In this document: positions 54,748 through 64,000 of the stretch, one piece after another
How the letters are laid out: each line of letters opens with the position of its first letter
Position numbering within the stretch: position 1 is the first letter of the stretch
IMG/VR virus record: IMGVR_UViG_3300028886_001681
Coordinates: 1-64,000 of that record
Origin: a virus
Taxonomy: Duplodnaviria > Caudoviricetes
Direction: 5' to 3' (one strand)
Length of the DNA stretch: 64,000 nt
Program-made: the position numbers and the translations under genes
The notes under the pieces: generated by a model
What the model was told of the DNA's origin: nothing
Databases searched by the model: none
The model's input: only the letters and a program-made list of their open reading frames with translations

Positions 54748-55171
54748 ATCGTTCCTCGCATATTGTTTTTTTATTAGGCTATTCTTCGTCGCCTTCCACG
54801 AAAATCGTGAATTCCTTTTCCTCCGACTTTCCGCTCTCGTTCCATTCCCTAGCGGTCAAGAACGCCTTCTCCCTATTGTTCTTGTACACGCTCATTCCGA
54901 GCACCGCCTCGTCGTCCAATTCTTCAAGCCATTTCTTCAAGTCTTTAACTGTGGTTCTCATTCCATTCCTCCAAAGTCCACGGACTCCACGCCAACCAAG
55001 CATTCCGCCCAATCGTAGTTTTCTTGGGAGAATGTCCTTTTGACAACCTTGTAAATTTTTCCGTTGACTTTCAAATAGTCGCCCCTTCTAGCCTCGCTCA
55101 ACGCATAGTCGCCTATCTGCAACTTGTCACCGTTCTCGTCTCGGCATTTCCATTTGACCATAAATATCTCC

Positions 55172-55837
55172 TTATTCCAACATTTCTTCCAATCCAACCA
55201 TAGGCCAAGCCTTCTCCCCTTCATCCAAGCGAAGGTTCATCTCGAATTTCCCTATGCATATTAGGCCGAACTTCCGCTTTTCCGCCCAATCTTGCATTGA
55301 ATTCCAAAAAGCGTCGTCCTTTATGAATTCGCAAGGGTTTTTGGCGAACAAGAAAATCCGTCCGCTTGGATTTTCCATAATCCACGAAAAGTTTGTCGCC
55401 TTCAACAGAGAGCAAGCCTTTTCCTTGCCCTTCAAATTGGCGACTTTCTCGACGAATTCCTTCTTGAAGCCATTGACCCAAGAAGGAATTTCGTCGCCAA
55501 CATTTTTCTCTTGGAATTCATTGTTGGAGCAAGTTTCGCACATCGAATTTCCCTCGCAATCATAGTCGTCGCCATACCCTCGGCACTCGTAGCACCGCTC
55601 CGCCCTATCACGCTCATCTTCGATTTTCTTGATTTCGCTCTCATCTATTTCTTCAACGAACGAGTCGTTTTCTTTCTTCCAACGAACCGACTTCAACTCT
55701 TCGGACACCGTGAAAGTTTCGTCCAACTTCGAATTCTCGCATAGGGAACATAACCGTTCCTTCGAAAAGTCGCCCTTAAATTCATTGTCGTCGACCTCAA
55801 CTTGAAAGCGGATTAATTTCTCGAATTCGACAATCAT
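55172..55837 (-). CDS. Hypothetical protein with Cys-rich motifs
   Basis: 221 aa from MIVEFEK; CYEC...C..C. Confidence 0.65.
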   Translation of the reverse strand: MIVEFEKLIRFQVEVDDNEFKGDFSKERLCSLCENSKLDETFTVSEELKSVRWKKENDSFVEEIDESEIKKIEDERDRAERCYECRGYGDDYDCEGNSMCETCSNNEFQEKNVGDEIPSWVNGFKKEFVEKVANLKGKEKACSLLKATNFSWIMENPSGRIFLFAKNPCEFIKDDAFWNSMQDWAEKRKFGLICIGKFEMNLRLDEGEKAWPMVGLEEMLE

Positions 55838-56430
55838 TCTCCAACCTCCAAAGCCTTGAGCCAAGCGTCCGTTTTCTTCACCGCTCGCCATATCTCGGTC
55901 AAATCCAACTCGTCCACATTATCGAAAAGCCTAGAGCCTACGGAATGGAATTCATAGCCTTCGCTCGTCCATTCCCAAGTGGCGATTGAAAAACAGTTGC
56001 CTTCGAATCCGTTCTCGAAACAGTTCAATTCAAACGAGGGGTTGTTGGGCTTTCTTCCCAAATATGAGCACTCGCATATGGAGTAGCATTTTTTGGTTTC
56101 ATACGACTGCCATTCCCAACGGAGCGAGGGTTTTGTTCTGAACGCGCTTTCGCCGACATAAGGATGGCTTTCGTAATATTCCTCAGTCATGTCGTAGCAT
56201 ATTGACCCTTCTCCGTCCAACTCTTTTTCGATGAACTTAGACAAGTCTTTAATATTTTTTATGGGAGTCAATTCTCCCCTCCAAAATCCGTCTTTCTGCC
56301 AATTCCAATCCTTCGGCTCTTGCGTCGAGTCCTCGAACCAAACATTGTATTTATTGGACTCAACTATTCTTTTCAATCTATTCAAGTCCACGCTTCCATG
56401 AGGATACATCATTTTCCAACTCCTTGCCAT
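55834..56430 (-). CDS. Hypothetical protein
   Basis: 198 aa. Confidence 0.7.
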   Translation of the reverse strand: MARSWKMMYPHGSVDLNRLKRIVESNKYNVWFEDSTQEPKDWNWQKDGFWRGELTPIKNIKDLSKFIEKELDGEGSICYDMTEEYYESHPYVGESAFRTKPSLRWEWQSYETKKCYSICECSYLGRKPNNPSFELNCFENGFEGNCFSIATWEWTSEGYEFHSVGSRLFDNVDELDLTEIWRAVKKTDAWLKALEVGE

Positions 56431-57092
56431 TTGGCTTCCATTTTACGATATTGATTTATGGCGAAACACATGTCCATTATGATTGGACTGTATTTTCCTT
56501 TCTCCCTCTTGATTTTTCCATTTTCGTCCGTGAATGTGGAGTATCCGTTCTTCCTCGCGTATTCGACGAATTCCTCCCTAAACCTATTGTGCATTGGGTC
56601 GTGAATTCCCCAAAAGTAGTTGGGGATGAGCCAAGTTTCGACGAATCTTGACGCTTCTCTATAGTCGGAAGACAAGTGCCATTTGGTTATATCGTTGTCT
56701 TTCTTTATTCTGTCCACGATTTCGAGCCAAACCAAGTCATAGTCTTCGCCCCAAAAGAATTTGCTCTTCTTCAAATACTCGATGTTGAATTCCTTCTTCT
56801 CCTTCTTCGCCTTTCGGAAGGCCTTTATCGCTTGAATCACTTTCCAAGACAAGCGCTCCGCCTCCTCCGAGTCGATGAAAGACCTCTTGGACAAGTGGAT
56901 TACATTCCCCTCATCCTTGCTATAGCAACTCATCGCCTCCAAGTAAGTGTAGTAGGGAATCAAGTCGGTTTCGTCCTTGATGTCGATTTTGGCCCCGCAA
57001 AGATAGACGGCGGATTTCTCAACCATGCTCTTGGGGTCGTGTATCATTTCGCAAGAATCCGCGAAATCGCATTTGCCAGTCCAACGACTCAC
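56409..57092 (-). CDS. Hypothetical protein
   Basis: 227 aa, SD GGAGG. Confidence 0.75.
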   Translation of the reverse strand: MSRWTGKCDFADSCEMIHDPKSMVEKSAVYLCGAKIDIKDETDLIPYYTYLEAMSCYSKDEGNVIHLSKRSFIDSEEAERLSWKVIQAIKAFRKAKKEKKEFNIEYLKKSKFFWGEDYDLVWLEIVDRIKKDNDITKWHLSSDYREASRFVETWLIPNYFWGIHDPMHNRFREEFVEYARKNGYSTFTDENGKIKREKGKYSPIIMDMCFAINQYRKMEAKWQGVGK

Positions 57093-57143
57093 ATAACCTC
57101 CTTTGTCGTTTCAAATGACGACAGTAATGGAATTTATTTTTTT

Positions 57144-57413
57144 TTATTTAATCAGAGTTATAATCAAGACCACAACTAAGACGGCCAACACAATCGGAAG
57201 CCCGACCCATAGCGGAAGGAACACCATGAACCAACCGTCCCACCAAGCGTCCGTGCTTTGCAAGAACCTTGGAAAGTATCCGTCCCAAAACGAGCACTTT
57301 TCCGTCAACTTCATCGCCAAGAAAAGGACGAACAAAAGGCTTCCTATCGTAAAGCCTTGACTAGTGGCATTCCTCTTCTCGCGCTCCCATTCGTATTCAG
57401 TTTCGCTCATCAT
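57144..57413 (-). CDS. Two-TM membrane protein
   Basis: LFVLFLAMKL...W.MVFLPLWV. Confidence 0.7.
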   Translation of the reverse strand: MMSETEYEWEREKRNATSQGFTIGSLLFVLFLAMKLTEKCSFWDGYFPRFLQSTDAWWDGWFMVFLPLWVGLPIVLAVLVVVLIITLIK

Positions 57414-57654
57414 CGCTCTCCATTCCCTTGAACCATTCGTCCGCCAACTTTAGGCAAGTGGAGAACCTTTCAAATTCCCCAAACTTGGTTCCGTTCTTGT
57501 CCAACTCGAAGGAAAATGTTGGCAACACAAGATAAATCTCCGCGTAGTTGTCGCCCAAAGACTTGACCGCCAATGTTTTCTTGTCGTCCTTGTCTCCCTT
57601 TATTCCATTGTAGTCGAACAAATTCCATCCGTCTATCACAATTCCCCTCGTCAT
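57397..57654 (-). CDS. Hypothetical protein
   Basis: 85 aa. Confidence 0.6.
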   Translation of the reverse strand: MTRGIVIDGWNLFDYNGIKGDKDDKKTLAVKSLGDNYAEIYLVLPTFSFELDKNGTKFGEFERFSTCLKLADEWFKGMESDDERN

Positions 57655-58217
57655 TTCGCTTCCTCTTTTTCGATTTTAATTTTCTTTAGTTTGAGCCAAC
57701 CGTCGGACTCTTCGTACTCTTTCGTCATTTTGCCGTTTTTGTTCCAACTAGTCAAGAGAAATTTGGATTTTTTCAACCTAGATTTCTCGATTTCCTTTTT
57801 GGAAAGACCTTCCTTTCTCGCGCATTCCTTGCACAAGGGAAGAACCCAACCTCCCATTTCCCAAATCAAAAGTTTCCCCTTGGAATCTCTCGAAACCTTT
57901 CCACATTTGTAGCAAGTCCATTGGGAGAGCATGCAGAGTATGTCCTCCGCTTCGTTAGTACGCTCATCTCCGCCATAAATGTCCACTCTCAATGAACCCC
58001 ATTTTTCCTTGCAATCCATTATGCGGAAAAGGACTTTCCTTTCTTCGCTCCAAGAGTCGTAGATTTTTAAAATTTCGTCCAAGAACCTTTTCCACAGTCT
58101 TTCCCAACCAAGGCCGTCCCAATAAGTCCGCCAATTACTTTCCATAGCGGACTCTAGGCTCTCGTCGTCCTTGATTTTGAGAAAAGGGTATTTTTCCAAA
58201 AGTTCCTTAATTTTCAT
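57651..58217 (-). CDS. Phage protein with a KEKWGSLR motif and zinc ribbon
   Basis: KEKWGSLRV...CYKCG...LCKEC. Confidence 0.75.
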   Translation of the reverse strand: MKIKELLEKYPFLKIKDDESLESAMESNWRTYWDGLGWERLWKRFLDEILKIYDSWSEERKVLFRIMDCKEKWGSLRVDIYGGDERTNEAEDILCMLSQWTCYKCGKVSRDSKGKLLIWEMGGWVLPLCKECARKEGLSKKEIEKSRLKKSKFLLTSWNKNGKMTKEYEESDGWLKLKKIKIEKEEAK

Positions 58218-58428
58218 TCTCCCTAGCCTCGGCTTCGGCGAACAGTCTTTCCAACTCTTCCGCTTCGTAGCCGTAGTCGGTCGCCCCTTCGGTCGAAAGC
58301 CATTCCCATTCCTCGTAGGTCGGCTCCTTTCCATTAAGCCAACAAAGGCTCTCGTACTCAGACCAATCCATTCCGAACGAAACCGCTCCAATGGCCAACA
58401 AAGCCAAACCAACAAAAATCTTTTTCAT
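58207..58428 (-). CDS. Small secreted protein
   Basis: Signal peptide MKKIFVGLALLAIG. Confidence 0.65.
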   Translation of the reverse strand: MKKIFVGLALLAIGAVSFGMDWSEYESLCWLNGKEPTYEEWEWLSTEGATDYGYEAEELERLFAEAEARENEN

Positions 58429-58488
58429 TTTTTCTCCTTGACATCCTTCTTATATTGTCGGAATTTTGTCAAGTAACTTTATCATTTT

Positions 58489-58893
58489 TTATCCTTTTAT
58501 TGATTTTAATGTCAAAATCTTGGCTTCCGTGATTGTCTTGTATTTGTCCAACAAGTCCTTGCGTCCGCTAGCCTCAATCGCCTTTTGAGTGACCGTGAAT
58601 CCCTTTCGGCACTCCTCGTCCGTCAGTTCGTCCATGATTTTGGGGTCTATTGTCGACGACTTCTTGAACGACATCTCCAAGACCTTTCCGCATTCATCGT
58701 TAGTCCAAGATGTCTTCTCGTCGACCTTGAGTTTCAACACTTCATCCAAGCCTTTAATGTATTCTTCAATCCTTTCCTTCAAGATTGAAGCCCTTATTCT
58801 CTTGTCGGCCAAGACGGAAGGCTCCTCCTCCTTGTCCAAGATTTCAGTGTTCCACGCTTCCCTCAAGTTTTCCCAAAGTTCACTCGTTTCCAT
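58489..58893 (-). CDS. Hypothetical protein
   Basis: 134 aa, SD AAGGAG. Confidence 0.75.
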   Translation of the reverse strand: METSELWENLREAWNTEILDKEEEPSVLADKRIRASILKERIEEYIKGLDEVLKLKVDEKTSWTNDECGKVLEMSFKKSSTIDPKIMDELTDEECRKGFTVTQKAIEASGRKDLLDKYKTITEAKILTLKSIKG

Positions 58894-58903
58894 ATGTTTC
58901 TCC

Positions 58904-59365
58904 TTATTGGGGAAGAAGGCTCTCGACCAACTTCCGCTCTCTCTTCAATTCCGACAAATTCAACTCGCAGTGTCCGATAACCTCTCCGCAGTAGTCCAAA
59001 ATTTTTCCGAAGTGGGCTTTCAACCGCTCGAACTGCTCCTTCTTGATTGACCTCTCCTTGAAGTAACAGTCGTAAAGTTCCGTCATGTAGGGCGTGATTT
59101 CATTCTTCATGTCCTCGGCCTTTTCCTTCTCCTCAAGCCATTCTTCTTTCTCGGCTTCCAATCCGAGTAGATGGTCTTGGATTTCATCCTTCATGTACAT
59201 TAATCTGTCTTCCATGAAAGATGAGAAAATTCCGTATGTTGAATTGAATATTCGCTTGGCTTCAATTCTCAATTCATTGTCCGTGGCGTCGTCGATGGGA
59301 AGACACTTCTCGGCGATTTCCTTGCCTACTTCATGATACCACAATTCGAACATTCTCTTTTTCAT
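58904..59365 (-). CDS. Hypothetical coiled-coil protein
   Basis: 153 aa, SD AAGGAG. Confidence 0.7.
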   Translation of the reverse strand: MKKRMFELWYHEVGKEIAEKCLPIDDATDNELRIEAKRIFNSTYGIFSSFMEDRLMYMKDEIQDHLLGLEAEKEEWLEEKEKAEDMKNEITPYMTELYDCYFKERSIKKEQFERLKAHFGKILDYCGEVIGHCELNLSELKRERKLVESLLPQ

Positions 59366-59376
59366 TCAAAATCTCC

Positions 59377-59718
59377 TTAAAGTCCGTATTCGCCGTAGAT
59401 GATTGAAATGACTTCCTTCATCTTATCCATTATGTATTGCACTTGCTCGAAGTCGAATTCCTCAAAATTCTCGCAGACGATTTTTCCCTTGCACCACGGA
59501 CGCAAGAACATTTGGTAAAAGTCGGCGAACTTGTCTATCAAGTCATACATCTTGATGTAGCCGACGCCATCGAATCCGTCCAACAAGTTTCTGAAGGCCA
59601 CGCAGATGTGGAGGTCATCGTTGTCTAACTTTTCAGAATACAACAAGTCGATTGCCTTCTCCATCTTCTCCAAATCCTTCAACTTGATTGACGCGCTATA
59701 TGTGAAATTGTTCTTCAT
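59377..59718 (-). CDS. Hypothetical protein
   Basis: 113 aa, SD AGGAG. Confidence 0.7.
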   Translation of the reverse strand: MKNNFTYSASIKLKDLEKMEKAIDLLYSEKLDNDDLHICVAFRNLLDGFDGVGYIKMYDLIDKFADFYQMFLRPWCKGKIVCENFEEFDFEQVQYIMDKMKEVISIIYGEYGL

Positions 59719-59733
59719 TGTCCGCTTCTCCTA

Positions 59734-59970
59734 TTAGAACACTCGCAAATGTATGTTTCTTTCGAACACTTGGCACATTCCCAAGACCAACTTTTGACAC
59801 TCCAACTCGTTTTCCAAGTCCTTGGGCGAAAGTCTGTCCGAATAGTGCCATTCTCCGTAAAGGAAGACGATTTCGTAAAATCCGCTTCCGTTCTTCACCG
59901 AGATTTTGTAAGGTTTGGTTTCCGCCAACTTTCTCACCCAATTCGTCAATTTGTCGATTGTCATTTTCAT
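59734..59970 (-). CDS. Hypothetical protein
   Basis: 78 aa. Confidence 0.6.
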   Translation of the reverse strand: MKMTIDKLTNWVRKLAETKPYKISVKNGSGFYEIVFLYGEWHYSDRLSPKDLENELECQKLVLGMCQVFERNIHLRVF

Positions 59971-60653
59971 GCCTTTCTTCTCCTTTTCTTGCTCGTCGTT
60001 CCGTTCAAACTCTTGTCGATTTCCTTTTGAGCCATCGACGAGTACTTGCTCGTGATTTTCTGAATCGACTCCATTTTCTCAATTTCGTCCTTTTGGTAGT
60101 TATTCAACCGCTCCATGGTCTCCTCATTGTCGAAGTAGAAGTCCTTGCCTCCCAAGCACTCCTCAATTTCCTTGTCGGTCATGAAGTTCTTGTAGAGTTC
60201 CTTGAAATGGCGAACCGCCACCTTCTTGTCGAAGTCGTACTTGGCGACCAACTCATTCCACTTGCCGTATCCGCAGTCAGTCCAACAATGAACCATGCAA
60301 TAGGCGTGCTTTGAAATTTCCCAAGCGTTGGCTCCCAACATAATCATCGTCGCTGCGGAACAACAAGCCCCTTCAATTGAAACCACTACATCCGCGTTCG
60401 ACGACCTCAACTCGTCGTATATGTTCCAAGCGGTGTCAGCCAACCCTCCGTAGCAGTTGATGTGGATTGTGACCAAGTCTCCGCTTCGGCAGTTTCCGAC
60501 CGCTCTCAAGAAATCGATGTAGTTCTCGATTTCGGCGATTTCTCCGCTCAAGTAAAAGTCGATTTCCTTGCGCTCGCCAGTGTCCTTGATTTGAAGGGGG
60601 TTGTTCTGAAATTCCTCCGCTCCGTCAATTACTGTTGAAATTCTTTTCTTCAC
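59967..60653 (-). CDS. ClpP-like serine protease
   Basis: YLSGEI, HINCYGG, GACCSAAT (catalytic Ser), CMVH and KDFYF. Confidence 0.85.
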   Translation of the reverse strand: MKKRISTVIDGAEEFQNNPLQIKDTGERKEIDFYLSGEIAEIENYIDFLRAVGNCRSGDLVTIHINCYGGLADTAWNIYDELRSSNADVVVSIEGACCSAATMIMLGANAWEISKHAYCMVHCWTDCGYGKWNELVAKYDFDKKVAVRHFKELYKNFMTDKEIEECLGGKDFYFDNEETMERLNNYQKDEIEKMESIQKITSKYSSMAQKEIDKSLNGTTSKKRRRKA

Positions 60654-61366
60654 TTTAAGTCGTCCTCCTCTCTCGATTTTTTATAATCCTCTATTATTTT
60701 ATCCTTCAATCCTTCCAAACCCTTGGGCATTCGTCCGCAACACTTGATTTCCTTGCAGTAACCGATGTCCTCGCACTTGGGGACGAAGTAGTTGTCGCAA
60801 ATCCACTTCCATTCCTCGGAGTAGGCGGAAAGTTTATCCTTGATTTCCTTGGACAATTCCCTAATCTCATTGTAAGCCCTAGAGCAAAGCCTTTCGTTCA
60901 TGAAGTGAATCAATGCTCGCAAGTTTATCTTCCACACGATTTTCGTGTCCATTCCCAACGGAAGGATGTTGGCTATGTCCTCTTTCGGCATTCCCAATTC
61001 CGCCAATTTTCCGTATGAGTCGGAAATCTCGTCCATCACCGTCTCGTAAATTTCTAGTTGCTTGGAGGATACTCCTTTGGGAGTATAGTAGTTGAAGTTC
61101 TCATAGTCAACATACCTCGTGGACGATTGTAAATAAGTGGTTCCCACTATATGACGACCCAATTCTCTGATACATCTTGCGGATTTACAATCTATAATAA
61201 ATACCACATCCACATATTCCATTATTCGCCCGTGTCCGCTATTGATGCATGACTTGGCTCGTTTTATATTTTTATCAACATCGTCAATATTAGAATTCCA
61301 ACAAACCCCAGCGATTTTTCCAATATAATTCAATGGATTTTTTTGGCAAGACTCAATCAATATCAT
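60650..61366 (-). CDS. thyX: Flavin-dependent thymidylate synthase
   Basis: SGH..IMEY, RELGRH....YLQSSTRY, EDIANILP and INLRAL..F..ERLC.RA..EIR. Confidence 0.93.
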   Translation of the reverse strand: MILIESCQKNPLNYIGKIAGVCWNSNIDDVDKNIKRAKSCINSGHGRIMEYVDVVFIIDCKSARCIRELGRHIVGTTYLQSSTRYVDYENFNYYTPKGVSSKQLEIYETVMDEISDSYGKLAELGMPKEDIANILPLGMDTKIVWKINLRALIHFMNERLCSRAYNEIRELSKEIKDKLSAYSEEWKWICDNYFVPKCEDIGYCKEIKCCGRMPKGLEGLKDKIIEDYKKSREEDDLK

Positions 61367-62586
61367 TTATCTCTCCTTTCAGATACATAATCATTCAAAT
61401 CATAAGCGTTTTGTTCAAAATGTTCAAACGCATCAAATAAATCATCTTTCTTTAAAATTTTGACATTATTGACAATCATACAGTTTTGTTTTTCAATCAA
61501 CAATTCATTTTTATTATAAGGATTGATTAATTCACCTTTTTCGTTAAAAAAATGGTCGCCTTTTATTTCAACCAATTCTCCATTTATCAAAAAATCAGGT
61601 TCGTATGAGTGTACTTTTCCATCTATTTCATAAGTTATGTTGGTTTTGGGATGAAAAATAAAATCAATTTTATTATCTTTCAGATACATATAATAAATTA
61701 ATTCCCACGAACTATCAAATTTATTATTATCATATTCGAATTTATATTGATTCCATTGCTTTCCGTATTTTTCGATACATGTTTTTCTTATTTTATCTCT
61801 AACCCATTCTAATTTATTAATATTATCTACTCCATATTTCGCTAATGAAGATTCCGCTTTATGTTGTTTTACAACATCGCTTGAATTTGGACTTTCGACT
61901 CCGTATTTCAATAGGCTAGTTTGTTTGGTTTTTTCTTTATAATCTTTCGTTCCTAAATATTCTTCACTTCCATATTTAATTAGATTTGTTTGTTTTTTCT
62001 TTTTTTTAAATTCCTCAACTTGGCTCACATTTTCAATATTGTTGCCATAGCGACTTTTTAATGTATTTTTAGTGTGCTCTTTCATAATTTCAGATTGAGT
62101 TGTATATTCAACTCCGTATTTTTTAAGATTTGTTTCTTTGGTTTTTTTCATTTTTAATTCATTGAAATTTTCCAAAGAACCATATTTTTCAATAATGGTT
62201 TTATTTCTTTTTTCGGCGGAAATTTTATTAAAATTTTCCAAAGAGCCAAAACGCTCGATTATTTTATTTTTGCGATTTTTTATATTTTTTTCAGTATTCA
62301 TTGTACACGAAACCCCATATTTTGTTAAATTTGTTTCTTTTGCTTTATCGGCATTTACATAATTTTCATTTCCATATTTTAATAATTTAGTATGTTTTAC
62401 TGAACAAACCATACATCGAGAAATATTATTTCTATTTTTTATATTTTTTGCAAATTTTGAAAATGGTTTTCCACAAACGCAACAAAGACCTTCAAACATT
62501 ATGTTTGATGATTTTTTAAACAAAATATCATCGTTTACAATATCATTTATATTCGATGAAGTTATTGTGATAATATTATATTCCAT
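61363..62586 (-). mobile_element. Putative homing endonuclease: zinc ribbon, KxTNLxKYG repeats and a PD-(D/E)xK domain
   Basis: CCVC...CMVC; multiple K..T.L.KYG repeats; FDSSWE...YEPDF...VEIKG; strongly AT-rich. Confidence 0.75.
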
Positions 62587-62598
62587 TCAATCCTCCAA

Positions 62599-63063
62599 TC
62601 AAAAGTCGTCGTCGAACATCGAAGGCTCGACATAATCGACCCCGATTTTCCAACCGTGAAGTTTGGCCATGTTGAGCAAGGTTTCCTTCTTGTAACCTGT
62701 CGCCTTGGACAAGGACGGAATTTTGTTGCTTTCATACAACCTTCGCTCGTCCAAAATTTCTTGCGGTATGTCGCTAGCCCTAACAGTCACCTCGCATATG
62801 TCGAACAAGGTTTCCCTATACTTTTTCAACTCATTGAACTCAATCTTGAAGTCCAACTCGTTGAGCACTTCGTCTCTCTTGGCTCTCTTCTTGCGATAAA
62901 CCTTCCATTCCTCGAAGTCCTCCGTCAAGAACTCCACATCCGCGTCCTCTATGGCGGATAAAAGAATTGCAGAAGCCAACTGCTTTATGTTTTGCAAACT
63001 CGCCGACTCTAAGGCGATGTCCATGTATGGCGTTATTTGTTTCGTTCGCTCGCTCTTTTTCAT
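62599..63063 (-). CDS. Hypothetical protein
   Basis: 154 aa from MKKSERT. Confidence 0.7.
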   Translation of the reverse strand: MKKSERTKQITPYMDIALESASLQNIKQLASAILLSAIEDADVEFLTEDFEEWKVYRKKRAKRDEVLNELDFKIEFNELKKYRETLFDICEVTVRASDIPQEILDERRLYESNKIPSLSKATGYKKETLLNMAKLHGWKIGVDYVEPSMFDDDF

Positions 63064-63500
63064 TCGCCAATCTCCGCGTGGTACTTCACGCTCTCGTCCG
63101 TCAATTCGACCAACTTTTTGAAATCCTTTTCGTCCAACTCGTTCTTGGCCTCGATGTAGAACCGCCAAAGCCAATGCTCCTTTTCCCTTTGGTTGCTCTC
63201 CTTTTCGTTTCTGTCGTACATGTTGACTTTCGCCAAAGAGCGTTTTAGACAAGCCATGGCGGTCTTGTACTTGGCCATTTGCTTGAAGAAGTTCTTGGAG
63301 TTCAACTCCTCTTCGTTCTCCGCTTGGTAGCGCATTCTCTTGGCGGACACCTCTTCGATGTTGCATTGCAAGTCTTGCTTCAACTGTTTCAGTTGCTCGC
63401 GCGTCATTTCAGACAAGTCCTCGTCGGAATAGACGATTTCCTCCCTCCCAATCCTAACTTTAACCATTTTGTCGTTTCCTCCAAATTTTTTATATTTCAT
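63060..63500 (-). CDS. Hypothetical helical protein
   Basis: 146 aa. Confidence 0.7.
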   Translation of the reverse strand: MKYKKFGGNDKMVKVRIGREEIVYSDEDLSEMTREQLKQLKQDLQCNIEEVSAKRMRYQAENEEELNSKNFFKQMAKYKTAMACLKRSLAKVNMYDRNEKESNQREKEHWLWRFYIEAKNELDEKDFKKLVELTDESVKYHAEIGE

Positions 63501-63683
63501 CCGAGCCTCTTGTCGGTTCAAGCGTTCGGATTGTTTCTCATGCAATCGCTGATTCTTTTGACTTCCACAATCTTGTTGTTGGGAAACTTCTTCCTAGCCT
63601 CTAGTTCCGCGCAATATCCGTCGGCAGTCACACAGACATATTCGGAAGGCTTTCCGCTTTCGTCAACCATTTCGACTTTATAC

Positions 63684-64000
63684 TTATACATTGGGGTATT
63701 TCCTCCAATAATCGGAAGGCACATTGTTAGCCCAAACATTGAATCTTTCGACCAAAGACTTGGAATAAATCGTCGTAGGCTCGTGGTTCGTATCCTTGCA
63801 CAATGAATATGCCACTTTCGGATTTGAGTAGTTTGTCATCGCGGTATTCAAAGCGATGTTTCTGTTTTCCGAATTGGATTTGGCCAATTTCTTAATGTCC
63901 TTGAATTTCTGTTCCGCCCCCTTCAACTTGTCGTTCAATTCTTTTCTTTGAGCGGATATTTCGCTCAATTTCTCCTTGAGAAGTTTTCCGTCAAGGCAAG
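63684..64000 (-). CDS. C-terminus of a eukaryote-like DNA topoisomerase IB (partial)
   Basis: Coiled-coil linker, then ENRNIALNTAMTNYSNPKVAYSLCK...IYSKSLVERFNVWA, matching eukaryotic Top1 ENKxxALGTSKLNYLDPRIxxxWCK...IYNKTQREKFxWA; frame open to the window edge. Confidence 0.75.
   Translation of the reverse strand, partial: CLDGKLLKEKLSEISAQRKELNDKLKGAEQKFKDIKKLAKSNSENRNIALNTAMTNYSNPKVAYSLCKDTNHEPTTIYSKSLVERFNVWANNVPSDYWRKYPNV

Noticed and set aside
58437-58473. Inverted CTTGACA...TGTCAAG as face-to-face promoters or an operator
   Set aside because: Neither TTGACA has a good -10 at 16-18 nt, and one half overlaps the SD, so it may be coincidence.
677-63806. Many antisense and alternate-frame ORFs in the six-frame track
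   Set aside because: They shadow well-supported genes and have S/F/L-rich antisense composition with no RBS.
1-64000. CRISPR array or diversity-generating retroelement
   Set aside because: No regularly spaced repeats, reverse transcriptase or adenine-variant repeat pair was seen. The repeats found are protein-domain repeats inside endonuclease genes.
1-64000. Stop-codon reassignment
   Set aside because: Conserved genes are full length in code 11, and TAA, TAG and TGA all end genes at sensible positions.

Overview
A 64 kb segment of a large lytic dsDNA tailed phage (myovirus-like, probably a jumbo phage) using the standard genetic code. The host is probably a diderm bacterium, but this is inference only. 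All protein family calls come from motif recognition by eye, not database searches. Contents: an Hsp20-GroEL-GroES operon; a 5'-3' exonuclease; scattered virion genes (gp25-like wedge, T4 gp20-like portal, spike/hub, neck-like proteins); a lysis cassette (amidase plus two coiled-coil membrane proteins); thymidine kinase; a DNA methyltransferase frameshifted in a G9 tract; a lytic transglycosylase; about 0.8 kb of non-coding RNA; a long run of small hypothetical genes; a lipase and a SprT-like protease; RecA; an ATP-dependent ligase; a ClpP-like protease; ThyX; several free-standing homing-type endonucleases; and the C-terminus of a eukaryote-like type IB topoisomerase. The strongest leads are: (1) an RNA operon in which two tRNAs alternate with several compact structured RNAs, including an 81-nt element that looks like the alanine-accepting tRNA-like domain of tmRNA without the mRNA domain, and a hairpin displaying an anti-Shine-Dalgarno-like loop; (2) a phage-specific YAACTAT promoter motif before late-type genes, sitting 7-9 nt upstream of several apparently leaderless ATGs and of a separate three-way-junction small RNA; (3) the eukaryote-like topoisomerase IB; (4) two slippage-type frameshifts, a G9 tract and a CCC-TAG site.
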